A DNA stretch of 64,000 nt, from assembly GCA_015060385.1 (NCBI GenBank), contig SUYO01000005.1, positions 55,244-119,243 on the forward strand. The letters run 5' to 3'. This stretch comes from Bacteroidales bacterium (GTDB taxonomy: Bacteria > Bacteroidota > Bacteroidia > Bacteroidales > UBA932). The translations under genes and the position numbers were made by a program. Positions 1 to 9,175 of the stretch are shown in pieces (the first letter of the stretch is position 1; every line of letters starts with the position of its first letter). The notes below the pieces were generated by a model. That model was not told the origin of the DNA. It was given only the letters and a program-made list of their open reading frames with translations, and did not search any database.

Positions 1-1
1 G

Positions 2-829
2 CTGACGTATTCTGCCTTTCTGTTTGTGGTATATGCAGAGTCATTCAAGAGACGCAGGTTCTTCCTTGACGGAATAATTCCTATTTCCATCATGTTAGTC
101 CTGGGCATCGTAGGCATGAAGTTTCAGCAGTTCCAGAAGATCAACACTGTGCTCTTCGGAATAATATTCGGAACCAAATGCCTCTGGATGGGATATACAT
201 GCATCAGGGAATACAGAAGGTGCACAAAGGATCTTGAGAATTATTATGACAATACGCCGGATCTGAAGTGGATGTACAATCTTATATGGTTATCCATCAT
301 TCTGTCAATAAGCACAATCGTAGCGTTCTATATAAAGAGTCTCGAATTTGTCTACTATCTGTTCCTGCTTGTGGTATACGCGTATATGACGTTCAAGATG
401 GTCAACTATCTGCCAATCAAGATCAGCAGACTTAGAGAGACAAGTGTCGAACAGACTGCAGAGACAGAAAATAAAATCGAAAAGATAGGAAAGGACCTTA
501 AGAGCAAGCTGGAAAATATGGTCAACAACTGGGTGGAAGAGAAGAAGTTCACGAAACCGGGAATAACAATAAAGGACGTTGCGGCTGAAATAGGTACAAA
601 CCACAACTATCTTTCAAGATATCTGAATTCTGTGGTAGGAATGACCTTCAGCGTATGGCTCCATACTCTGAGAATAGAAGAAAGCAAGATGCTTCTGAGC
701 AATCCGGACAGGATTTCGATCGAAGAAATAGGAAGAAAAGTCGGAATTCCGGAAATCTACAACTACTCGAGATGGTTCAAGAACATTACCGGCATGACCC
801 CTCAGCAGTATAGAAAATCAGTGAAATAG
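2..829 (+). CDS. AraC-family transcriptional regulator with N-terminal membrane helices (5' end outside the window)
   Basis: The frame is open from the window start. Hydrophobic helices are followed by a C-terminal AraC double HTH (TIKDVAAEIGTNHNYLSRYLN...YSRWFKNITGMTPQQYRK). Confidence 0.85.
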   Translation: MTYSAFLFVVYAESFKRRRFFLDGIIPISIMLVLGIVGMKFQQFQKINTVLFGIIFGTKCLWMGYTCIREYRRCTKDLENYYDNTPDLKWMYNLIWLSIILSISTIVAFYIKSLEFVYYLFLLVVYAYMTFKMVNYLPIKISRLRETSVEQTAETENKIEKIGKDLKSKLENMVNNWVEEKKFTKPGITIKDVAAEIGTNHNYLSRYLNSVVGMTFSVWLHTLRIEESKMLLSNPDRISIEEIGRKVGIPEIYNYSRWFKNITGMTPQQYRKSVK

Positions 830-844
830 AAATTATAATATATA

Positions 845-889
845 CAGATACGACAGCCTGTCGATAAAAGCGACAGCCTGTCGTATCTG
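845..889. terminator. Inverted repeat between convergent genes, likely a bidirectional terminator; contains two copies of the palindrome CGACAGCCTGTCG
   Basis: CAGATACGACAG...CTGTCGTATCTG, with a 13-mer direct repeat at 851-863 and 871-883. Confidence 0.55.
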
Positions 890-898
890 ATATGTATG

Positions 899-2440
899 CT
901 AGTTCAGCTTCTTGAGGATGTTGCTGAGATTTACCTCCTTGGAGATGATTGCATGGAGATCCTCGATCTTGACACGCTCCTGGGCCATCGAATCACGATG
1001 ACGGATAGTCACGCAACCGTCGTTGAGGGAATCATGGTCTACAGTCACGCAGAAAGGGGTACCGATCGCATCCTGACGACGATATCTCTTTCCGATAGAA
1101 TCCTTTTCGTCGTACTGGCAGTTGAAATCATACTTGAGGTCATCCATGATCTTTCTCGCAAGTTCAGGAAGACCGTCCTTCTTGATGAGCGGAAGCACTG
1201 CAACCTTTACAGGTGCAAGCGGTGCAGGAATGCTCAGAACCACGCGGCTCTCGCCATTCTCAAGCTGCTCCTCCTTGTATGAGTTCGAAATAACCGCAAG
1301 GAACATACGGTCTACACCGATTGAAGTCTCAACAACATAAGGTACATAGTTCTCACCAAGCTCCGGATCGAAATACTGGATCTTCTTTCCTGAGAACTTC
1401 TGATGGTTTCCGAGGTCGAAGTCCGTACGTGAGTGGATACCCTCAAGTTCCTTGAAACCGAACGGGAAGCGGAACTCGATATCTGTAGCTGCATTTGCAT
1501 AGTGCGCGAGCTTGTCATGGTCATGGAAACGGTAGTTCTCGTCACCCATTCCGAGTGCCTTGTGCCATGCCATACGGTTTTCCTTCCATTTTGCAAACCA
1601 GTCGAGCTCAGTACCAGGCTTGATGAAGAACTGCATCTCCATCTGCTCGAACTCCCTCATACGGAAGATGAACTGTCTTGCCACGATCTCGTTTCTGAAG
1701 GCCTTGCCGATCTGTGCGATACCGAAAGGAATCTTCATACGACCGGTCTTCTGCACGTTGAGATAGTTCACGAAGATACCCTGGGCTGTCTCAGGACGGA
1801 GGTAGATGATGTTAGACTCGCCTGAAACGCTTCCAAGCTGAGTAGAGAACATGAGGTTGAACTGACGTACGTCTGTCCAGTTCTTCGTACCAGAAATAGG
1901 ACATGCAATCTCGCAGTCGATGATGATCTGACGGAGTTCGGCAAGGTCATTGGCATTGAGAGCATCAGCCATTCTCTTCTTTACCTCATCGATCTTCTTC
2001 TGATTTCTGAGAACATTTGGATTGGTAGCCTTGAACTGCTCTTCGTTGAAAGCCTCACCGAATTTTCTCTTGCCCTTTTCTACATCCTTCTCTATCTTCT
2101 CCTCAAGCTTTCCGATATAATCCTCGATAAGGACATCAGCACGATAACGCTTCTTTGAGTCCTTATTGTCGATGAGAGGGTCATTGAAAGCACCAACATG
2201 GCCAGAAGCCTCCCAGATCTTAGGATGCATGAAGATAGCTGAATCAATACCCACGATGTTCTCGTTGAGTCTTGTCATAGCCTCCCACCAGTATCTCTTG
2301 ATGTTGTTCTTGAGCTCTGAACCAAGCTGGCCATAATCATATACGGCACCAAGACCATCATAGATCTCGCTTGAAGGGAAAATGAATCCGTACTCTTTAC
2401 AATGAGCTACGAGAATCTTAAAAAGTTCTTCCTGTGTCAT
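899..2440 (-). CDS. glyQS: Glycine--tRNA ligase (homodimeric type)
   Basis: Motifs YDYGQLG, LRPETAQGIF, FRNEI..FIFRMREFEQME and ELEGIHSRTDFDL; anticodon-binding domain SIGKRYRRQDAIGTP. Confidence 0.97.
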   Translation of the reverse strand: MTQEELFKILVAHCKEYGFIFPSSEIYDGLGAVYDYGQLGSELKNNIKRYWWEAMTRLNENIVGIDSAIFMHPKIWEASGHVGAFNDPLIDNKDSKKRYRADVLIEDYIGKLEEKIEKDVEKGKRKFGEAFNEEQFKATNPNVLRNQKKIDEVKKRMADALNANDLAELRQIIIDCEIACPISGTKNWTDVRQFNLMFSTQLGSVSGESNIIYLRPETAQGIFVNYLNVQKTGRMKIPFGIAQIGKAFRNEIVARQFIFRMREFEQMEMQFFIKPGTELDWFAKWKENRMAWHKALGMGDENYRFHDHDKLAHYANAATDIEFRFPFGFKELEGIHSRTDFDLGNHQKFSGKKIQYFDPELGENYVPYVVETSIGVDRMFLAVISNSYKEEQLENGESRVVLSIPAPLAPVKVAVLPLIKKDGLPELARKIMDDLKYDFNCQYDEKDSIGKRYRRQDAIGTPFCVTVDHDSLNDGCVTIRHRDSMAQERVKIEDLHAIISKEVNLSNILKKLN

Positions 2441-2461
2441 AATAGTATTTTAGTTTAATAT

Positions 2462-2502
2462 TGTCATTCTGAGGAGCCACAATGTGGCGACGTGAGAATC
2501 TC
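2462..2502. repeat. REP/RPE-like palindromic element overlapping the folK 3' end
   Basis: TGTCATTCTGAGGAGCCACAATGTGGCGACGTGAGAATCTC has an ATTCT/AGAAT outer stem, a GA-rich internal loop and a GCCAC-AAT-GTGGC hairpin. It resembles the widespread TGTCATT.GAG...GAATCT palindrome class. Confidence 0.6.
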
Positions 2503-2955
2503 ATTCAGAGGCTTCATCACGAAATCCCTTTCGTACATATGTTTATGCGGAACCGTAAGTTCCTCACAATCAATTCTGTTGTCACCAAAAAGCAGTATGT
2601 CTATATCTATCGGACGGTCCTCGTAGATCCTTTCACCATTCTCGTCATACTGCGGGTCTCCTGTTCTTCCCAGCCTTCTTTCTATATCCTTGCAGATTTC
2701 CAGGATCATCAGCCCTTCCGCTTCTGCGTTATATCCTTTCCTCATCTCAAGTTCATACAGTACCACTGCATTCATGAACCTGCTCTCCGAGTCGAATCCC
2801 CATGGTTCCGTCTCAATCATGCCGGAAACCTTCTTGAAAGGAGTTCCAAGCTCTATATTCAGCAGACTGACAGCATCCTCGATATTCTTTCTCCTGTCTC
2901 CTTGGTTTGAACCGAGAGAAAGATATAATTCCACTTTCTCCCTCTCCTCACTCAC
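2464..2955 (-). CDS. folK: 2-amino-4-hydroxy-6-hydroxymethyldihydropteridine diphosphokinase
   Basis: Motifs YLSLGSNQGDR, ETEPWG, FMNAV, RPIDIDILLF, LTVPH and ERDFV. Confidence 0.93.
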   Translation of the reverse strand: MSEEREKVELYLSLGSNQGDRRKNIEDAVSLLNIELGTPFKKVSGMIETEPWGFDSESRFMNAVVLYELEMRKGYNAEAEGLMILEICKDIERRLGRTGDPQYDENGERIYEDRPIDIDILLFGDNRIDCEELTVPHKHMYERDFVMKPLNEILTSPHCGSSE

Positions 2956-2973
2956 TCTCTCCCCTTCTGTCCT

Positions 2974-3348
2974 TCAGTCATCAAGTCCGAGCTCTACAAG
3001 CGCCTCCTCAGACATCCTGCTCTTGTCCCATACCGGTTCAAAAACAAGGTCTATATTGACACTTACAACTCCCGGAACATCCTCGACAGCAGTCTTGACC
3101 TGATCCATGACATAATCGGCCATAGGACAGTTAGGTGCAGTCAATGTCATCTGAATATAGACATTATGGTCATCATCTACACTTATCTCGTAAATGAGTC
3201 CGAGATCATACACATTGACTGGTATCTCAGGGTCATATACCTGCCTGAGAGCCATTATTATATCCCTTTCCAATCTCATCTTCCTTTCCTCATCTTCTGC
3301 CGTGATTTCAGCAGACTTATTTCTTTTAAACAATTCCTTCAGTTTCAT
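2974..3348 (-). CDS. DUF59 / SufT-type Fe-S cluster assembly protein
   Basis: VYDPEIPVNVYDLGLIY and MTLTAPNCP motifs; downstream of sufS-sufE; probable start MKLKEL. Confidence 0.9.
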   Translation of the reverse strand: MKLKELFKRNKSAEITAEDEERKMRLERDIIMALRQVYDPEIPVNVYDLGLIYEISVDDDHNVYIQMTLTAPNCPMADYVMDQVKTAVEDVPGVVSVNIDLVFEPVWDKSRMSEEALVELGLDD

Positions 3349-3356
3349 ACAGCATC

Positions 3357-3764
3357 TCATCCTTTTGCAGCTATCTCCCTGATCTTGGCAATCATGGACA
3401 CAAGTCCGTTAGCCCTGGTAGGAGAAAGATTCTCCTTGAGACCAATCTTCTCGACAACTGAAAAATCTGAAGAAAGTATCTCCTGAGGAGTCCTTCCGGA
3501 ATATAATCCTATAAGCAAGGATATTATACCCTTGGTAATGATGGCATCACTGTCAGCATTGAATACAATCCTGCCATCCTCTATTTTATAATCAAGCCAA
3601 ACTCTTGATTGACAACCTTTTATAAGATTTTCATCAATCTTTGACGATTCCGGAAAATCTGTCAGCGACTTTCCAAGCTCGATAAGATATTCATACTTGT
3701 CAAGCCACTCATCGTACATCGAGAATTCCTCGACAATGGCGTTTTCAGCTTCCTTTAAACTCAT
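3357..3764 (-). CDS. sufE: SufE cysteine desulfurase activator
   Basis: KYEYLIELGK, IKGCQSRVW, ADSDA and LSPTRANGL motifs; the ATG at 3764 overlaps the sufS stop. Confidence 0.93.
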   Translation of the reverse strand: MSLKEAENAIVEEFSMYDEWLDKYEYLIELGKSLTDFPESSKIDENLIKGCQSRVWLDYKIEDGRIVFNADSDAIITKGIISLLIGLYSGRTPQEILSSDFSVVEKIGLKENLSPTRANGLVSMIAKIREIAAKG

Positions 3765-4990
3765 ATTAACATATTTATAGCTTTGTCCAGGCACTTCATA
3801 AAATATTCTGCCTCCTCCATCGTATTGTATGGAACAAGAGAGACTCTCAGCATACCGGTAACTCCAAATCTGTCCATAAGAGGTTCTGCACACATCTGCC
3901 CTGACCTTGCTGCAATTCCCATCTTATCAAGAATAAGAGCTAGATCTTCATGATGGACCCCCTCTACAGTGAAAGAAAAGAGAGGAATCTTCTCATCATT
4001 CGTTCCACGGGGAACACCATAAAGACTTATTCTCCTGTCAGAGGATAACCTATCGAGAAGATAATCCCTGATCATATCGTAATTTTTAATTAACTCATTA
4101 TCATTCAATAAGTTAATTAATTCAATAGCAGGTTTTACAGTTGCAGCGGAAGCAAAGTTCTGTGTTCCCGCCTCAAACTTCATAGGGAGAGGAGCATATG
4201 TGGTATGATCAAAGGAAACTGTTCCTACCATCTCCCCTCCTCCCATGTAAGGAGGCATCTCATCAAGCCACTTTCTCTTTCCGTAAAGTACTCCTATACC
4301 TGTAGCTGCATAAAGCTTATGTCCGGAAAATACATAGAAATCACAATCCAGATCACGGACATCCACCTTGCAATGGACAGCTCCCTGAGCTCCGTCGACA
4401 AGGACAGGAATATTTCTGGAATGACATTTTTCAATTATTTCCCTGACCGGATTGACAAGTCCGAGAACGTTTGAAATATGCGTAACAGCCATTATCCTGG
4501 TCCTGTCAGAAAGAATTCCGTCAAGCTTTTCAAGCATCATATGACCGCTGTCATCTACAGGCAGAACCTTCAGAACAGCACCCTTCCTTCTGCACATCAT
4601 CTGCCACGGAACAATATTCGAATGATGCTCGGCTTCTGTCACAACCACTTCGTCACCCTCCTTGAGAAAAGCCTCTCCAAAGCAGAATGCAACAAGATTC
4701 ACAGCTGCAGTAGTACCGCTTGTAAATACAATTTCCTCTCTGGACTCAGCATTAAGAAAATCTCTTACGGCATCCCTTGCCTGCTCGTATGCCTGTGTGG
4801 CTTCATCAGCCAGACGATGTACGGCACGATGTATATTTGCATTTGACTCTGTACTTATCCTTGTCCACATGTCAATTACAGACTGCGGACGCTGACTGGT
4901 AGCAGCATTATCAAAGTATACAAGATCCTTCCCGTACACTTTTCTTGAAAGTGCAGGGAAAAGACTTCTTATTTCATCGATTCTTGCCAT
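3761..4990 (-). CDS. sufS: Cysteine desulfurase SufS
   Basis: YFDNAATSQRP, EHHSNIVPW, FSGHK (PLP lysine) and RSGQMCA motifs. Confidence 0.95.
   Translation of the reverse strand: MARIDEIRSLFPALSRKVYGKDLVYFDNAATSQRPQSVIDMWTRISTESNANIHRAVHRLADEATQAYEQARDAVRDFLNAESREEIVFTSGTTAAVNLVAFCFGEAFLKEGDEVVVTEAEHHSNIVPWQMMCRRKGAVLKVLPVDDSGHMMLEKLDGILSDRTRIMAVTHISNVLGLVNPVREIIEKCHSRNIPVLVDGAQGAVHCKVDVRDLDCDFYVFSGHKLYAATGIGVLYGKRKWLDEMPPYMGGGEMVGTVSFDHTTYAPLPMKFEAGTQNFASAATVKPAIELINLLNDNELIKNYDMIRDYLLDRLSSDRRISLYGVPRGTNDEKIPLFSFTVEGVHHEDLALILDKMGIAARSGQMCAEPLMDRFGVTGMLRVSLVPYNTMEEAEYFMKCLDKAINMLI
4001..4016. promoter_or_regulatory. parS-like site inside sufS
   Basis: CGTTCCACGGGGAACA; the 14-bp core has one mismatch to GTTCCACGTGGAAC. 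It encodes VPRGT. Confidence 0.6.
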
Positions 4991-5159
4991 AACCATCATA
5001 CACGCGCGCATACACGCAATAAGCCTGCAAATTTAGCAATTTTACTATTTCTTTTACAGGATTTTATCATAATTTTGCAAATACTAATTTGAACTGAAAA
5101 AGTCCGAATATCATTATCGAACTCAAAAAGAGCCGTGACAATAATCAAAATTTGATAAT

Positions 5160-5747
5160 ATGATAGACTACATCAAAGGAAATCTGATTGAGATAACCCC
5201 TACAGACATGGTTCTGGAATGCTATGGAATAGGATACAAGATACTTATATCACTCCAGACTTATGAAGCTTTGAACGGGAAATCAGAAACCATCGTATAC
5301 ATCCATCACTATATCAGAGAGGACGAGGAACTGTACTATGGATTCGCTACCAAGGATGAAAGAGAATTGTTCAGGCTACTGATAGGAGTATCCGGAATAG
5401 GAGCATCCACAGCCAGGATGATGCTGTCTTCTCTGACTTCGGATGAAATAAGAAATGCCATTCTTGCAGAGGATCTCAACAAAATCAAAAGCATCAAGGG
5501 AATAGGCACCAAGAGTGCCCAGAGACTTATTCTGGAGCTTAAGGATAAGGTTGTCAAAGGTGCAGGAGCAGATAATTCATCACTTTTCACAACAGGATCG
5601 AACGGAGCTGCGGAAGAAGCAGTAACCGCCCTCGTAATGCTTGGATTTACAAAAGCCAATGTAAACAAAGCTGTGACAGCAGTCCTGAAGGAATCCCCAT
5701 CAGCTTCCTTGGAAGAAATAATCAAGCAATCTCTGAAAAGACTTTAA
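5160..5747 (+). CDS. ruvA: Holliday junction branch migration protein RuvA
   Basis: GIGY, YIREDEELYYGF, VSGIG, IKGIGTKSAQRLILELKDK and a C-terminal ALVMLGF domain. Confidence 0.96.
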   Translation: MIDYIKGNLIEITPTDMVLECYGIGYKILISLQTYEALNGKSETIVYIHHYIREDEELYYGFATKDERELFRLLIGVSGIGASTARMMLSSLTSDEIRNAILAEDLNKIKSIKGIGTKSAQRLILELKDKVVKGAGADNSSLFTTGSNGAAEEAVTALVMLGFTKANVNKAVTAVLKESPSASLEEIIKQSLKRL

Positions 5748-5786
5748 AAAGAAAAAGAGTTCCACGTGGAACTCTTTTTCTTTTTA
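5745..5786. terminator. Perfect 42-bp palindrome acting as a bidirectional terminator, with a central parS (5758-5773)
   Basis: TAAAAAGAAAAAGAGTTCCACGTGGAACTCTTTTTCTTTTTA runs from the ruvA stop codon to the mnmG stop codon. Confidence 0.85.
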
Positions 5787-7886
5787 TCTTCCAAAATATA
5801 CCAGGAGGACAGAAACATCAGCAGGAGAAATTCCTGAGATCCTTGAAGCCTGAGCTATGGTCCTCGGAGCATACTTCTTCAATTTCTGTCTGCACTCTAT
5901 CGAAAGACTCTCTACCTTATCAAAGTCGAAATTCTCCGGAATAGACAGATTTTCCAGTCTCATTATCTTATCTGCCATCTGTTGCTCACGCTGTATATAT
6001 CCCTTATACTTGATTGAGATTTCTGAGGAATCCAATATTTCCTTCTTATAATTCGAGTCTATCTTGGAATTGATGAAATCTTTGTCTAGAGAGGATACGG
6101 GATATTCTGTATTGAATTTAAGAGCATACGCAGCATCTTGATATGATGAAGACAAATATTTCTCATTTATATATTCATCAACCGAACTCCTGTTTCCATA
6201 CTTAATAAGATCCGAATATACACTTTCTTCCTTTAACAGAGAATCTAAAGGAGATACAAATTCACGATCTAAATCAATATTAAATTTAGAAAAAGTTCCA
6301 CGTGGAACTAAATTAAAAATTTCAGATAAATTCGTCTGAGGCCTTGATATAAGATCGGCTATCCTTTTTCTGGACGTAATCTCAGAGGTAGAAACAGAGG
6401 AAAGATATGAATTTACATATTCCGGCTTTATGGAAGCATCTTCGAAGAATGAGTTAAACCTATCTACAGAATCATATTTCCTCATTGTATAATCATATCT
6501 GAACTTATCTGCCAGACCTAATTCGAATGAAGCAGGAGTCAGTCTTATATCTGCATTATCCTGACGAAGTAGAATTCTGTACTCGGCTCTTGAGGTAAAC
6601 ATTCTGTAAGGCTCATCTACACCCTTAGTAATAAGATCATCTATAAGAACACCTATATACGCCTGATCGCGTTTCAATATGAAAGGATCGCGACCAGCTA
6701 CCTTCAGATGTGCATTGATACCAGCCATCAAACCCTGGGCTGCCGCCTCTTCATAACCAGTAGTTCCATTGACCTGACCTGCAAGGAAAAGTCCTTCGAC
6801 AGACTTTAATTCAAGTGTCGGTTTAAGCTGAGTCGGATCGAAATAATCATACTCGACAGCATAGGCTGGTCTGTATACCTTGGCATTTTCAAGACCCTCT
6901 ATATTATGCAGGGCCTCCATCTGAATATCAAGAGGCAGCGATGAAGAGAATCCTTGAAGATAATATTCATTCGTTCCCCTACCCTCCGGCTCAAGGAACA
7001 ACTGGTGCTCTGTCTTGTCCGCGAATGTTCTCAGCTTATCTTCTATACTTGGACAATATCTGGGACCTATACCTGTTATGAGACCGGAAAACAAAGGAGA
7101 GTCAGCAAAACCGCTTTTCAATATGTCATGCACCTTCTGATTGGTATGAACTATGAAGCACGGCATCTGAGGAGTTCCGTTCTGAGCAGTCGAAAGAAAA
7201 GGAAGATATGAAAACTTGTCAGGATCCTCATCTCCAGACTGCTTGATCATCCTCGATGTATCGACAGATGAAATATCTATTCGAGGAGGAGTTCCTGTCT
7301 TCATCCTCGCTGTAGCGATTCCCATGGACACGAGCTGCTGCGTCAGTCCATGCGATGGCAACTCCCCTATTCTTCCTCCTTCAAACATGGTACGGCCAAT
7401 GAACATCCTTCCGTCAAGAAAGGTTCCGGCTGTCAGTATAACCGTCTGAGAATTGAATTTTGCTCCGGTAGTCGTACAAACCCCCGAAATTTTCGAACCA
7501 TCGAAAAGAAAAGAGGTTACTGTATCTTGGTAAATATCTAATTTACAGGCACTTTCGAGTATTTTTCGCCAGTACAGGGAAAACTGGATTTTATCACACT
7601 GTGCACGAGGACTCCACATGGCAGGTCCTTTTGACCTGTTCAACATTCTGAACTGAAGAGTGGAAGCATCAGTAATGATTCCTGTATAACCTCCTAAAGC
7701 ATCTATCTCTCTGACTATCTGACCTTTAGCAATACCTCCAATTGCCGGATTACACGACATCTGAGCAAATTTGTTCATATCCATGGATATGAGAAGCACA
7801 GATGAACCCATACGCGAAGCAGCCATAGCCGCTTCACAACCCGCATGACCACCTCCGACAACAATCACATCATAAGTCTTGTTCAT
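5784..7886 (-). CDS. mnmG: tRNA uridine-5-carboxymethylaminomethyl(34) synthesis enzyme MnmG (GidA), with a C-terminal-domain insertion
   Basis: [49 protein letters not shown] and [13 protein letters not shown] motifs. Confidence 0.97.
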   Translation of the reverse strand: MNKTYDVIVVGGGHAGCEAAMAASRMGSSVLLISMDMNKFAQMSCNPAIGGIAKGQIVREIDALGGYTGIITDASTLQFRMLNRSKGPAMWSPRAQCDKIQFSLYWRKILESACKLDIYQDTVTSFLFDGSKISGVCTTTGAKFNSQTVILTAGTFLDGRMFIGRTMFEGGRIGELPSHGLTQQLVSMGIATARMKTGTPPRIDISSVDTSRMIKQSGDEDPDKFSYLPFLSTAQNGTPQMPCFIVHTNQKVHDILKSGFADSPLFSGLITGIGPRYCPSIEDKLRTFADKTEHQLFLEPEGRGTNEYYLQGFSSSLPLDIQMEALHNIEGLENAKVYRPAYAVEYDYFDPTQLKPTLELKSVEGLFLAGQVNGTTGYEEAAAQGLMAGINAHLKVAGRDPFILKRDQAYIGVLIDDLITKGVDEPYRMFTSRAEYRILLRQDNADIRLTPASFELGLADKFRYDYTMRKYDSVDRFNSFFEDASIKPEYVNSYLSSVSTSEITSRKRIADLISRPQTNLSEIFNLVPRGTFSKFNIDLDREFVSPLDSLLKEESVYSDLIKYGNRSSVDEYINEKYLSSSYQDAAYALKFNTEYPVSSLDKDFINSKIDSNYKKEILDSSEISIKYKGYIQREQQMADKIMRLENLSIPENFDFDKVESLSIECRQKLKKYAPRTIAQASRISGISPADVSVLLVYFGR
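6294..6309. promoter_or_regulatory. parS site inside mnmG
   Basis: Perfect palindrome AGTTCCACGTGGAACT, identical to 5758-5773. Confidence 0.8.
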
Positions 7887-7889
7887 AAT

Positions 7890-8309
7890 CTATAACAGCT
7901 CTTTAAGGGAGAGATAATAATTCTCCTTTTTTCTCATCATGGCTATATCATCATCATTATGATCATCATAACCTATCAGATGCAGTACACCATGTACTAT
8001 AACCCTGTTTAGTTCTTCTGTGAAATCAGTTCCATACTCAATTGCATTTTCACGCACGGAATCGATACTGATGAAAAGGTCACCTGACAACCGGTCTCCT
8101 TCACAATAATCAAAGGTTATAATATCAGTAAAATAATCATGCTGCAGGTACTGCTGATTCACATTCAATATATAGTTATCTGAACAGAAGATTATGGAAA
8201 TGTCCCCAATACGTCTTATTTCACTTTCAGCAACCAGCCGTAACCACTTATTATTTCTGGCCTTACCCTTGAAAATAAAGTCAGTATCCTCAAAAAAGTA
8301 CGAAATCAT
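7890..8309 (-). CDS. ybeY: rRNA maturation RNase YbeY
   Basis: HDYFTDIITF, GDLFIS and HGVLHLIGYDDH motifs. Confidence 0.95.
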   Translation of the reverse strand: MISYFFEDTDFIFKGKARNNKWLRLVAESEIRRIGDISIIFCSDNYILNVNQQYLQHDYFTDIITFDYCEGDRLSGDLFISIDSVRENAIEYGTDFTEELNRVIVHGVLHLIGYDDHNDDDIAMMRKKENYYLSLKELL

Positions 8310-8416
8310 ATGTAAAATATTTTCTGCAAATCTACAAAATGTATAAAAAGTTTGAAATAAAAAATATAATTTCTAACTTTACCGGGCAAAATGGAATATA
8401 AAAACTAACAATCAAT

Positions 8417-9106
8417 ATGGAAATCAAAAAGTCAGACAAAGCCAACTTGGAAAACAAGAAGCTCCTGTTTGTGGAAATAGGTCTTGTTATATCGTTGGGT
8501 ATCACACTCCTTGCTTTTGAGTGGACTAGTGAGGAAACAAAAGTATCTAATCTCGAAGATACAACTGAAGTTCTTATTGAAGAGGAAATTATTCCAATCA
8601 CTCAGGATACTCCTCCACCGCCACCTGCAGCACCAAAGATTCCAGTGCTCTCAGACCAGATCGATATCGTGGATGATGAAATCGAGATTGAGGACGACAT
8701 GTTCATGAACCTTGAAGATGATGCAAACCTCGGAGTCGAGATTATGGATTACGTTGAAGTTGAGGAGGAAGTGGTAGAAGAGGAAGCCATTCCTTTCCAG
8801 CTCGTTGAGGAAAAGCCTTCATTCCAGGGTGGTGATGCCAACCAGTTCTCTAAATGGGTGAACCAGAGACTTGTATATCCTGAGATTGCAAAGGAAAACG
8901 GTGTGCAGGGTCGTGTAACTCTCCAGTTTACAGTAGAGAAGGATGGTAGCGTGACTAAGGTAAAGGTTCTCCGTGGTGTTGACCCATCACTCGATAAGGA
9001 AGCCGTACGCGTGGTTTCAATGTCTCCAAAGTGGAGCCCAGGAAAGCAGAGAGACCGTGCGGTTCCTGTAACCTACACCTTCCCTGTTATCTTCCAGTTG
9101 AGATAA
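8417..9106 (+). CDS. Energy transducer TonB
   Basis: N-terminal TM helix, Pro-rich and acidic linker, TonB C-domain (YPEIAKENGVQGRV...WSPGKQ). Confidence 0.92.
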   Translation: MEIKKSDKANLENKKLLFVEIGLVISLGITLLAFEWTSEETKVSNLEDTTEVLIEEEIIPITQDTPPPPPAAPKIPVLSDQIDIVDDEIEIEDDMFMNLEDDANLGVEIMDYVEVEEEVVEEEAIPFQLVEEKPSFQGGDANQFSKWVNQRLVYPEIAKENGVQGRVTLQFTVEKDGSVTKVKVLRGVDPSLDKEAVRVVSMSPKWSPGKQRDRAVPVTYTFPVIFQLR

Positions 9107-9128
9107 TTATTTAATATTCAAATATATG

Positions 9129-9164
9129 ATAAGGCCGACCATATGTTGATCGGCCTTATTTTTT
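9129..9164 (+). terminator. Intrinsic terminator after tonB
   Basis: ATAAGGCCGA...TCGGCCTTAT followed by a T tract. Confidence 0.65.
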
Positions 9165-9175
9165 CTGAATTGAGA

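Noticed and set aside
3765-3893. ORF-track N-terminal extensions (sufE here; also hflX, sdhA, the redoxin and the 27975 nuclease)
   Set aside because: They overlap neighbouring genes, promoters or terminators, and downstream ATGs fit the family N-termini better.
6050-6310. Intein or intron in mnmG
   Set aside because: There are no intein terminal residues or splicing motifs, the segment is short, and the frame is continuous.
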